From Naegleria gruberi (Eukaryota): a stretch of 64,000 nt of DNA. The notes below the pieces were generated by a model. It had not been told where the DNA came from. It made no database searches and worked only from the letters and a program-made list of their open reading frames with translations. Location of the stretch: the NCBI GenBank assembly GCA_000004985.1, contig GG738862.1. One strand, given 5' to 3'. Position numbers and translations under genes: made by a program. The number at the start of each line of letters is the position of its first letter. The stretch's first letter is position 1. Positions 44,424-55,700 of the stretch are shown in pieces.

Positions 44424-45257
44424 CTACCGTATCATATGTTGTCTATTGAGATTATGTCTGCACATTAGAAATAATGCCAACATGATGCAAAGGTCATTCG
44501 ATCGATATTTGATCTTTTTCCTGATAGACCTTTCAGTTATCTTTCCATTTTCAATCAATAAATTCATGTCAATAATTTTCCTTAAATATGAAATCCCCAC
44601 AGCCATCAAAAACGACAATACTGACAATGTCACTGAATACCCAATAAAATAATAGACATTATTCCATTCCTTCCTCCATCCAAAAACATCTTTAAATCTC
44701 GAACTCACATCACACTTATTAGGAAATGGTTCAATTACCCTAATCAGACATGAATTTGATCCACTCACAAAATAAAATCTATTTCTATAACCCAACTCTT
44801 CAAAGCCACTTCTTCCAATTGCCGAATTCGCCAACAATTCACTAACACTATTCAAAACAAATAGAAAAGCCATCAATGAAAATGCAAACACAGCCATCAC
44901 TGTTCCAATCTGTATCAAAATACTAACAATCTCAAACTGTTGATCCGACATGGTGAAGAATATTTTCCTCCTCTCTCTAATTAATTTCCTTTTAAAATTT
45001 GATTCTTTGGGAGGCGTTAGGTGTTGTGAATTATCTTCATCCTCATCATCCTCATCATCCTCATCATTCATCACATTATCATCATCATTTAAATAATATT
45101 TTAATTTCCAAAATTCATCGGAAGATGATTTTGCATGCCAAGCTTTGTTGATCAGTGAAAGAGATAAATTATGAGAAAAATCGTGGAAGTTTACAAATTG
45201 CCACACCACTGACCATTCATCTTGATTCAAAACTCGTTGTTGATTGCTTGTTTCCAT
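44424..45257 (-). CDS. Hypothetical membrane protein with F-box-like N-terminus and acidic (D/E)n tract
   Basis: WSVVWQFVNFHDFSHNLSLSLINKAWHAKSSSDEFW looks F-box-like. It is followed by DEDDEDDEDED and three or four hydrophobic segments. Confidence 0.45.
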   Translation of the reverse strand: METSNQQRVLNQDEWSVVWQFVNFHDFSHNLSLSLINKAWHAKSSSDEFWKLKYYLNDDDNVMNDEDDEDDEDEDNSQHLTPPKESNFKRKLIRERRKIFFTMSDQQFEIVSILIQIGTVMAVFAFSLMAFLFVLNSVSELLANSAIGRSGFEELGYRNRFYFVSGSNSCLIRVIEPFPNKCDVSSRFKDVFGWRKEWNNVYYFIGYSVTLSVLSFLMAVGISYLRKIIDMNLLIENGKITERSIRKKIKYRSNDLCIMLALFLMCRHNLNRQHMIR

Positions 45258-45576
45258 TTTTTTTTAATTATTTAAATAGTAGTTAAATAGTTAAATACTC
45301 AAGTTTACAACAAATATCAAATGATTATTTCCACACATTTTCGGTGGACACACCATGTATATTATGAGGAAAAACACTTTGAAATAACAGTTAAGCATGT
45401 TGCTTCTTTTGCGTACAATATATAACTCCTAGCACAATCCAAAATATCCGCCTCCATTTTCACTCAAATTCCACTCAATGGTTGCGTGCGACTTCCTCGG
45501 TTGCACTTTTAACTATTTTAAATATCTCCCAATCTGTTGCATCTTTGAATTCCACAATATTGAAATAATCAAACAA

Positions 45577-46662
45577 ATGTCTCAACAACAATTACCTGCT
45601 GTTCAAACCGTTGCACTTCTCAATGCTCCAAATCAAGATTTGGTGATTGAAACTCAATTGAAATTGCCACCAATTGGGGAGAATGATGTTTTGGTTAGAA
45701 ATTTGTATGCTGGTGTAAATCCGTTGGATGTTGCCTTTAGAAGAACTGGAATGTATATTTCCTCATATCCTGCAATTCTTGGAGTTGACTGTAAGTTGTA
45801 AACTTTACAATATTTCAATAATTTCAATTTGAATCAATATTGTGCAGTTAGTGGAATTGTTGCTGGTGTTGGATCCAAAGTTACTCAATTTAAAATTGGT
45901 GATTCAGTTAGTGGATGCACTTTTGGTGATTTCAGAGGAACTTATGCTCAATATATTGTTGCACCAGAATCAATGACCTTTCTCAATCCAAGCAAGTTAC
46001 CACACGAGTTGACTGCATCTGTTGGTGTTACCTTCTTGACTGCTTATCAAATTCTTTTGAAATATTTACCAAATGATGTGGAAAATGTTAAAGAACACAA
46101 AGGTTCTTTGAAAGGAAAGAAGATTCTCTTGATTGGTGGAAGTGGAGGTGTTGGTTTGTGTGCAATTCTTCTTGCCAAGCACTATTTCCAAGCTACTGAA
46201 ATTGTTTCCATTTCCTCCAATAGAAATATTGAATTTCTTACCAAATTAGGAGTTGACCGTGTTTTGGATTATAGCAAGGGAAAGGATCATTTAATCAATG
46301 AATTAGAAACTTTGAAAGATCACTTTGATCTCGTTGCTGATCTCATTGGTGGCTATCATGAATACTATCATGTTGAAATTTTAAAGAAAGATCAAGAATC
46401 TCAATTTGTTTCCATCATTCCACACAATGCCAAGCAAAACAGTGGAAAAGTATTTGGATGTGAGAGAACATTCACATTGATTGCGAGTGGTTCTAGAATC
46501 CAATATGAGAATATCTTGAATTTCCTTGCTGAGAATGAAAATGTCTGGAAACAAATTCCACTTCATGTTTTCAAATTGGAAAATGTAATGCAAGCTCATG
46601 ATTTGAGTGAGAGTAAGAGAACTGTTGGAAAGATTATTCTCGAAATTCCTCAAACTTTGTAA
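45577..46662 (+). CDS. Zinc-type/quinone oxidoreductase of the medium-chain dehydrogenase/reductase family (zeta-crystallin-like). Two exons, intron 45791..45847 (57 nt).
   Basis: Splicing GTAAGT…TGTGCAG joins …PAILGVD|FSGIVAGVGSKVTQFKIGDSV (classic MDR substrate-domain motif). Rossmann motif LLIGGSGGVGLCAILLAK. The start was taken at MSQQQLPAV. Confidence 0.85.
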
Positions 46663-46746
46663 ATTATCCAAATTGAGAGAAGTTCAATAACAAATGTCAA
46701 ATATAGTAATAAACGAAACAATTTATTTTTTACAATTTGTAAAGTG

Positions 46747-47883
46747 TTATAATTGTGAATTATCGTGTGTATGAAATATTACATCTGGAAAAGATGAAGA
46801 ATTTTCAAGAGCTTTCTTCAAATTCATATCTGGAAAATGTTTGAAATTTCCAAAATTGAAAATCATTGAAAGATTATAAAAATCATTTCTACAAAAAGCA
46901 AACCATTCTTGCTCCAATTCTTGGATTTCCATTTTCTTTTCGTTTTTCAATACTTTGGAAAGTAATTTTTCTGCAAACTTGATGGAATAGTGAGATGGCC
47001 TTCTATTGTCAATTTCACATTTCATGCCAGCCTTGTAAATTGGTTGTTGAGCTGATGGAATTGAAGAGAAATGATTGGCATTTAGATCATATGGATAAGT
47101 AGCTTTGTAAATAATTTCCCTGTCAAATGTAATTGTCATGACACCACAATTTTCATCCTTATTGAGATATTCAGAATATTCCAAGAAATGACCATCGTAA
47201 TCAAATCTTTGAATGAAATTAGATTTGGTTATATCTAATTGATAAGTTGAATATTGGCCTTCCATTCCATCTAGCTCACTTCTTTCGAATTTAGTTATTC
47301 TATAGGTTGGAATTTCACCATTTCCAACCAGCTCACAAACTCTAAATTTCAACACTTCTCGAAAGAATTCCAAATTATCAGATCCAGGAACTACTGAATA
47401 ATATTGGAAATGACCAGAAATTCCCAAATATTCCATCATTATATCCCAAGAAGCTCTATCACTATACGAAAGCTGGCTAATTCCAACAATTTCATTAATT
47501 TCAGCAATCTTTCTTCTATTTTCTTGAAGAGAATGATATGGACGCCCAAAATTATCACCCAAAAGACTCAACATCAATTCACTTTCATTTTTTTCATTAA
47601 CTTTTTGAATGGTCAACTTGAGTGAATGAATATTTACGGCATGTGGTTGAATATCATCCATTGGCTGATTAGAAATCAATTCAAAGAGACATTTATGCCC
47701 ATCTCTCATATTGGATTCGTAATAATAACGAAAATCGCCTCCTTTGAACTTGTCATAGTTGCCACCACTCATAACTTTCATGCCAACTGCTCCTAAAATA
47801 AAATCACCTCCAAAGATGTGTTTTGGAAAGAGGAGAGGTACTTGGTTGAGTGGTGTAAGTGGTGTGGAATGTTGGTTGCCCAT
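46747..47883 (-). CDS. Hypothetical N-myristoylated (MGNQHS…) cytosolic protein, 378 aa
   Basis: Single-exon ORF with a strong MGxxxS motif. No recognised domain. Confidence 0.5.
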   Translation of the reverse strand: MGNQHSTPLTPLNQVPLLFPKHIFGGDFILGAVGMKVMSGGNYDKFKGGDFRYYYESNMRDGHKCLFELISNQPMDDIQPHAVNIHSLKLTIQKVNEKNESELMLSLLGDNFGRPYHSLQENRRKIAEINEIVGISQLSYSDRASWDIMMEYLGISGHFQYYSVVPGSDNLEFFREVLKFRVCELVGNGEIPTYRITKFERSELDGMEGQYSTYQLDITKSNFIQRFDYDGHFLEYSEYLNKDENCGVMTITFDREIIYKATYPYDLNANHFSSIPSAQQPIYKAGMKCEIDNRRPSHYSIKFAEKLLSKVLKNEKKMEIQELEQEWFAFCRNDFYNLSMIFNFGNFKHFPDMNLKKALENSSSFPDVIFHTHDNSQL

Positions 47884-48041
47884 TTTTATTTTGAAGAGTT
47901 TGTTATTTACCCTATACGAAAGGTTTGGATTTTAGCCGAAACTGTTTCAGGATAATTGGAACCATTCGAAAGTTACATCAGTCAAGAGTAAGCAGTGTCA
48001 AGTAACACTTGTTTTTTACGCGTGTTTATTGATAGTTGTGA

Positions 48042-50941
48042 TTAAGCAATCAATAGTATGGAAAGTAAAATTGCAATCAAAGAAAGTGAAGTTCCAATTC
48101 TATTCGAAACATTTCTTTGATTTCCAGCAATCAACTTATTCATACTACTCACTTCAGAAACCTGATTAATATCCAACGATATTTTCCCAACAGCTCTCAA
48201 AGTATCTGGACGATTCAAATCCTTCATTGAACCCAAATCGAAAATCGAATAAATTGGAATTCCTTTCGAATTTAAACTTCTGCTATCAATATAATCTCCA
48301 TTAATTTCAGAATACAAACTCAATGTAATGGTCAACAGCTTATCATTCAAAAAATCCAAAGTTTGTTTTGGGATGAGTGTGAAATTTGTTGTCATTACTC
48401 CGCACACATCATCCGAACCAATGACAATTTCAGTTGAGTTGAAATAGAGATTGAAAGCTTGAGGTGGAATTCCAGTAAATTGGCACGATTGACCAAAGGT
48501 TGAATCTCTACATTGGCATTGATTGTAATCAACGCATTTTCCATGTCCACCACAAACTCTGTTCAAATCTTTTGAGGAAATTGAGTCACATGTTGTTTCA
48601 GAACAATCGCTTCCTGTCCAATTATTTTGACATTGACAGGTAGAGGACATGGTGCATTTACCATGAGAAGAACAAACATTTGGAGCATTGAATGGAATTC
48701 CATTACAATAAATCATTTCTCCTTCACATCCTGAAAAATCTGAGCTACTGAACTTTCCTTCTGGACATTTGGAGCAATTCTTCCAATCTTCATTGAGAAA
48801 TTCACCTAAATCACATGTGGTTTCTAGTTTTCTTATTTGAGTTGTGAAATGTCCGTTTATCTGATCTAAAAAGTAAATTTCATTATATCCTTTTATGGAA
48901 CCCCGAAGCTCAGGTGTATGGAAATTTGTTAAAGTTCCAACAATGCCACTTGGAGTATATCCAGGATCGAAATCACCATAGACAGTTTGTAAAAGTCCGG
49001 TCTTTTTCGAAACCTTTCGAATTCTATTGTCTTCTGAAAATATAATATCTCCATAAGGAAGAACTACAACTGAAATTGGAGAGATTGCTGCATTGGTTGC
49101 CTTAATTCCATCATGTCCATAATCGGTAGCATCTTTGGAACCTGCAACTATGGTGACTAAACCATTTGAACTAATCTTTTTGATTATACGATTCTTGTAA
49201 TCAGAAACGTAAAAGTCATTTTGTGGACTAATTGTAAATGTTGAACCAGATCCAAGTTGTGTCTGATTGGCAGAGATATTAGATGAGAAAATATCAGAAC
49301 CACCTCCTGCAACCAATCTAATTCGTCCACTTTCGAATGTGAAAATATATGATTGAGCTGAAGCAGACATTAAGAAATAAACTTGACCATTATATGGAGA
49401 AACCATCAGTCCAGATCCCTGACAAACACAAGTTTCCAATTGCAAATCTCCATCCTTAGGAATGCAATGTTGTCCATTTCCAGCGAAAATTGAAATTTCC
49501 TTCGTTTGAGTATTCATTTTGTAAAGCAGTGAATCAGTTGTGAAATAGACAGCTGGTTCAGCATTTGAAGCTGCAAAATTGTAATAATTAATTGCCTTGT
49601 CTCCAGTGAAAAAAGTCTCAACAATTGGAAGAGAATTCACGTCAGCAGATTGAGCAGTTTTTCGGTAGAAATTAATAGAATTGAAATACCATTCATTCGA
49701 ATCAGATTTGTAAACTGCTTTGACAGATCGACTGCTATCAATTTTAGAATAAGCAGCTGGAATACCATCAATGTAATATCCCTTTGATCCAGCAATTGTT
49801 TCAATCTTCCAGTCATTTCTATTAGCAGAGGCCGAGTTTACAATTTTTGCAATTCTTCCTTGTTTTTCTGAGATATACAATTCATTGGTAATTGGAGATA
49901 ATTCAATGTGATAAGGAGAAAGGAACAGCTTGTTAGTGTTCATGCCTTGATCTGGTCGAGGTGATGTATAAATACTTTGAATTCCAGCAGTATTAGAGGT
50001 GATATTACTCATTGCTCTAATATATCCACTTTGGTCAACCTTCATTAGAAAAGTTTGAGAGCCAAAGAAGATTTCCCCAGTCTTGTAATTGATAGTAAAA
50101 GTTCCTAAAGAACCAGATACAGATGTGGCCAGAGCGTTATCTTGTGGAAATCCCTCAAAACCATTTCCCAAGACATTGACCAGTGAGCCATCTTTAATTC
50201 TGAAGAGAGTGTCATGGTAAGCTTCATAGAAATAAATAGTTTCATTATAGACAGAACACGCAGAAATGTCTCTGAATGCAAGGTTTTGTAAATTGGTAAC
50301 AGGTCCCTCAAAATTGAAATATTGTCTTTTATAGAAATTTCCAAAATTAGTATCTAAATATTAAATATAGAAATAACTTACTTGCCACCACCTGCAACAG
50401 TATTAATAATCCTATCTCTAACCCTCTTTATCTTTCTCGATTCTGCAATAATCAAATCACCATTCGCTAGATCAATATCTAAATACCAAGGATTTTCAAG
50501 TTTTGCTTGATTTGCAGGAATATAATTACCATCAAGATAACCACCTCCAGCAAAGAGTGTTTTAGTTTTGGTTGATGCACTGTATTTGTAGACCAAACCT
50601 TGAGAAATATAGTAAATGTCAGATGTCTCTCCATCAACTGTGAAATCCATTGTTTGGAAAATGGATTCGTTTGGAACTGCATCTGTTATTTGACCAGAAG
50701 TTAGATTTAATAGTTTAATGGAGACATAGGTTGTTACAGTTTCGGTTGTAAAGTAAACTAAAGTTTCGTCCTTTGGGTGAAACATAAACTTTTGAGGAAG
50801 GATGACATTATACATGAAAGGAACACTTTCATCAGTTGAGCCAACAATTGTGGAAAGCTTTCGTGTAATACTTGCTGTTGAAATATGCAGAATCAAGAGC
50901 AGTAGGATAATGGTTGTAGATACGAAAGGTTTAGCTTGCAT
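48042..50941 (-). CDS. Type-I membrane protein with NHL-like beta-propeller repeats and a cluster of EGF/tenascin-type Cys-rich modules (teneurin-like module content). Two exons, intron 50326..50381 (56 nt).
   Basis: Exon 1 carries the signal peptide MQAKPFVSTTIILLLLILHIS and NHL-type blades. Phase-2 GTAAGT…AAAAG splice into exon 2. The C-terminal region has C-x-C-x(n)-C patterns (…GKCTMSSTCQCQNNWTGSDCSETTC…GHGKCVDYNQCQCRDSTFGQSCQ) and TM IGTSLSLIAILLSILLIA. Confidence 0.7.
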
Positions 50942-51234
50942 TTTTTTTGAACTGGCTTCGGCATTTCAAAGAGATCTTGCCTTTCTTAAAAGAAAAGTTT
51001 CCAGGTGGTGAATGTTGCGGGATCTATTGGAACGTTTCCTAAACCATCCTGTAAACTAGAATCAGAACTTTTCAGAAGTTAATACTTTACAATCTAAATT
51101 CTTCCCTCCAAAATATTGTACAGAGATGTTGTAACCAAAGAATAGATTGCAAATCAGAATGTCTTATTTGGAAGAACCTTGAGATGATTAAATAATAATT
51201 GTTTTTCGCATTGAAAGCAAAATGAGGACAAAAG

Positions 51235-51270
51235 TGGAGTCATAGGGAATCGAACCCTAGACCTTCTGCA

Positions 51271-51301
<31 letters not shown>

Positions 51302-51307
51302 AACCCC
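51235..51307 (-). tRNA. tRNA-Ala (anticodon TGC) with a G3:U70 identity pair
   Basis: Reverse complement GGGGTTA-TA-GCTCAGTTGGTAGAGC-G-TCTGC-TTTGCAT-GCAGA-AGGTC-TAGGG-TTCGATT-CCCTA-TGACTCC-A. G3 pairs with T70. Confidence 0.85.
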
Positions 51308-51658
51308 TTCTTGTTCTAATATTAAACTTAGACATTGTATCTGTAATTACTGTCGTTAAGGCTTTGGTTTTTGAAAGCAAGAAAAAGAGCTCTAGAATAG
51401 AGAATACTTGTTCTTGCATGACGAAAAAGAGAATAGAAAATCAAAGCATCCATCATTGATCAACGAATCCTCCACAAATCAAAATGTAAATAATCTTTGA
51501 ATAATACAATTTTTATCTCAATCCCAAAGGATATATTGTAATCAACTGTTCTTACATTGTTCTTGTTGTTAAATTTGTTTCTAGTATTGTTTGGTGAAAA
51601 TCTTCTTTTCCTTTGAAAAAGGATGAATGAGCTCTTCTGGGCAATGTTATGAATCAAA

Positions 51659-52786
51659 TCAGATAGTAAAGAATCCATTTTCGCCTTCTTCAATGTTCAA
51701 CTTTTTCTTTTTCTTTCGAAAAACAAACTCTCCATCAAACTTCCAAACCTTTGAATAATCTTTCCATGAATTGAGTGGCATTATCTCACTCAGAATATTA
51801 GAAATGAATTTTTCACAATCCTTTCTAGAGACACGATCAAAGAGAAGCCATCTCTCAAGAAGTTCTGTTGAATTTTTGAGCGAAGTATTCATTCCTTTAA
51901 CAAGAGTCAAGCCATTCTTTCTACTATTGAAATCGTTAAGAGTTTTGTACAAGGTAACGATGCAAGTATATTCAATTGATCTGTCCTCTTCTTCAAATCT
52001 TGAATAGTTGATTTGGAATAGAAACCATTTTGGAGTTCTTTTCGAAAACCAATAGCCACAGTAATTATCAAAAACAGTGTTATTTGCAGGAACTTGCTCA
52101 TCAGTTGTAAAGTAGTCCAGTTTCATACTTGATTTCTTGTTGTAGTCAATAATAAACACTTGATTGACTAGAGATGATCTTTGATAATTCTCCTCTCCTA
52201 AAGTTACAATATTCAAACTATCCAAAGGTGAATAGTCATCATTATCCCAACTACCTCTATCCATTGGAACTAGCTCTCCCTCAATATATCTTACAGGTCC
52301 ACATTTCCTTTGCAAACTCCAAGCTTGCAACTTTTCTCTACCATACAATTCAATAGCTTTGCAATTATTCAGGTCAGTTTTGAAATTAGCACCAATTCCA
52401 TTCAAAATAGGATCCCAGTATTCAAAGTTTGTTCTCAAAGCTTGATTCCAACTTTGACAAACATGATACGGAGGATGAATCAGCAAGTCAATTCCGGTCA
52501 AATATTCACAAATATGTGAAATAAATGGTGCCAATTTCGCACCAAGTTGTTTTGTAAAAGTGGTGGAAAAACTTGTCTGACTATTCTCAAGCAAAACCTG
52601 TATCAGTTGTTCTGCAAGCTCATTGAATTGATTAATACTGTCATCTGTTGATTGTCTTATCAATTCTATAATATTATCAGCTCTAACTATTAATTGTTCA
52701 TCAGAAGATTTTTCGGAATGAGTCTTTCTCTTCTTTGATTCAGTATCTTCATTGAGTGAGTTGTTGTTGTTCCGTTTATTCACCAT
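51659..52786 (-). CDS. Hypothetical protein, 375 aa. Its start overlaps the stop of the upstream gene by 7 nt.
   Basis: The ATG at 52786 lies inside …AAAAAAATGGTGA… where the upstream gene terminates. No Met for about 165 residues downstream. The domain call is uncertain (possibly F-box-associated-like beta-sandwich). Confidence 0.4.
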   Translation of the reverse strand: MVNKRNNNNSLNEDTESKKRKTHSEKSSDEQLIVRADNIIELIRQSTDDSINQFNELAEQLIQVLLENSQTSFSTTFTKQLGAKLAPFISHICEYLTGIDLLIHPPYHVCQSWNQALRTNFEYWDPILNGIGANFKTDLNNCKAIELYGREKLQAWSLQRKCGPVRYIEGELVPMDRGSWDNDDYSPLDSLNIVTLGEENYQRSSLVNQVFIIDYNKKSSMKLDYFTTDEQVPANNTVFDNYCGYWFSKRTPKWFLFQINYSRFEEEDRSIEYTCIVTLYKTLNDFNSRKNGLTLVKGMNTSLKNSTELLERWLLFDRVSRKDCEKFISNILSEIMPLNSWKDYSKVWKFDGEFVFRKKKKKLNIEEGENGFFTI

Positions 52787-55700
52787 TTTTTTGTTAATTT
52801 TCCATTCTTGGGTTTATACTTGAATGCCTCGAAATCAATTTTGGTTCTTGGCATGTTATCTGATAGAGGGACTTGCAGCTTGACTGGAATGTTGGGTACT
52901 TTTTTAGGTACGATATTTGGTTGCTGTTGTCGTGAAGCAAACTCATGATTCGAGGACCTTATTGAATTGTTTGAAGTGTTTGATATGTTGGCATAGTTCA
53001 TTACTGGCATACTTGGTTGAAAGTAAGGTTGTTCTTGATATTGAATTGGTGCATTTCGTGATGTTGTCAGGAATGGCTCAAACTGTTGTTGCTGATGCTG
53101 TGTCCTGTAATTCAAAGGGGGTGCTACATTATTATTTGCAAAGCTATTGAATGGACTATTCATCATAGATTCCACTCTGAAAGCTTGTCTCAGTGGTGTG
53201 AAAGTTTCTCTAGGAGGCTCCTCTTGTATCATTCTCCCCCTTTGACCAAATAATGGAGACGGTGGTATTCTTCTATAAGATTCTTGCACATTTGGAATTT
53301 CATTTACAATCTTTGATTTCTTAAATGGTTGAAAAATTGGTTCTTGGTTAAAATTGTCTTGTTGTGTCAAAGAAAAGAGTCTCTTCTGGTTTATCGACAA
53401 TTCATCAGGAGGCCTCTCAAAAGAGAAAGGGATGGGTTCATTAACGAAAGAATAACTTAGATCTTGTTGTGTAATGAATGAATTAGTAAACGTAGATGGA
53501 TTATCTTGACTAACATCCATCACATTATCTGCCCTATAATGTTCATCCTCTGCTTCCGCTATGTGATTTCTCTCCTCAAATCCATCAAATATTTCGAATA
53601 GAACGTTGTACAATAATTTCTAATATATGTAAATGTTAAATGAGATTATTAAATAACATACCAAGCCAGTCTCTGTGAAATACCTTCCTAGATGTTGTGA
53701 AAATTCTTCATATGATTTCATTTGGCATATTTCCTTGATGGAGTAGTTCTGTACTATTGCTTGTGCCGAAAAGAAATTAACACAAGGGAATTTTGAAAGA
53801 AATGCCTCTTGAGGATTCTCCTTTTCTCTTATCCAAATAATGTCATGATTTAGAGCTTTGGATTGGGCCATTACTTCCACACATATCGAATTGATAATCT
53901 CAGCACTTTGATCCATGTTGTAGCTGTATCTTAAATTCACTTCTATTTGTAAAGATTTAGTAAAGCAGAGGAGAGAGCTAGAAACAAAGGATAAAGAATC
54001 AATAGATATAGTTCCTGCTGAGCTGCTTTCAATAATTACCCAACAGTAGGAAAATTGCAATGCCAGAGAAAGAATTCTATTGAATAAATCAGTAATTTCC
54101 TCTCTGTATGTATCAAGATTGTTGAATTTGTACAGAATGATACAATGCCTTTCATTAATTATTATATCTGCTGGAGAAAACAATGTAGAATTCCTCTCCA
54201 CAACATTAATCGAGAATCGTGATTCAAGCTCAGAAAGTAATTCGTTATTTTGAATACACTTCTCTGTAACAATGATTCTGCTAGATGCTGAGTTTTCTGA
54301 TTTTGATTTAAAACAGTACAGTCTCTCTAGATGGTCCAGTTCTTTGTCTTGTAGTATTGAAAAGCTCTTTTGCTTTTGTAAAATTTGATCAATAATTTTA
54401 GAATTCACAACTAATTCCTTCTCTTTTTTCAGTTTATACTTCAAATTCTTGACCCAAGATTGATTTAGCATGTCCAGTGATGTTTGTGTTTCTTCTCTTT
54501 CTAATCTAGACGATATAGCGAAATATCTCACCATATTTCTGCAAACTAGAGAATATAAAACATCATTATAATCTCCTGGTTCAATTTGGATCAATATATC
54601 TATTCCACTGAAAGCGTTCATATCTGAAATGTTAGCAATGTTGGAAAATGTTGTTAGATAAATATGAGGCTCTGGTTTTAAAACTCCTTCTGATAGTTTC
54701 ATTTCAGTTCCAATATTTAAGCTCTTCAATTTTAGATTATTTTCAACACTGAAGAGAGTAAATATGTTGTGTCCTTCCTCAAAAAAATTGGCAATATCTG
54801 AAAGAACCTTGTTATGCTTGGATAGAATAATTATTTTGGATTTTTCATCATAAAGCTCTTTGGCATGAGCCACTACTGTTTGTGCTTTGGTTTTATCCTC
54901 TATCTCATTGGTTAACTTAACCATTTGGAATGATATTTCTGAAATAGCGCCATCTAAAAGTGTTCGATAGGTGTCTGTTTCTTTAATTTTATCCAAATAA
55001 GCTTTTCCTACAGCAATTCCACCGTCCAAAGTTGCTTCAAAAAGGTACTTGAGTGTATGAAGACAAACAAGCTTTTTAAATGTGGTCCTTGTCTCGATAA
55101 TTCTCTTTGCATCGTTTGAAGATAGAACTACCTTCAAGTTAGTGGCATATTCTTCTACAATCCGTTTTAAGAAGCTGTAATACTATTAGTATTCATTAAT
55201 GTCGAAAGAAACTTACTCTGATTGAATACTCAAGAATTTGATGGACTCAAAACTATATCCCTTCACTCCTGAAATAGAGGACAATGTGAATTCTCCAACT
55301 TTGATAATATTCTCCAAAAACTTTGATGCTTTTCCTGATACAGGCACACTAATCTTTGCAGACAGTTGTGGTGATACATCCATTAGTATTTGCTTTGACA
55401 TTGTCGAGTCAAGCAGATGGGAAAGTTGTTGTATGTCTCTCGAAGGTATGCACGACATGATGATGGTTTGTATATTCTTCTTTGAAATGGAATACATTCC
55501 CTCTACAAATTTTGAAATTGGAATGAATTGATCTTGCTCAATTAAAACATGCTCCTTGTAAACTATTAGGCAACATTTTGAAAGTAATGCCTCCATCCTT
55601 TGAATAAAGCTCTCTGCAATACTTCTAGAAATGAAAAGAACCTTACATTTTTGTGAAATACTTGTAATCTTGGTTGTAAAATTATCCTTTGTTACCATGG

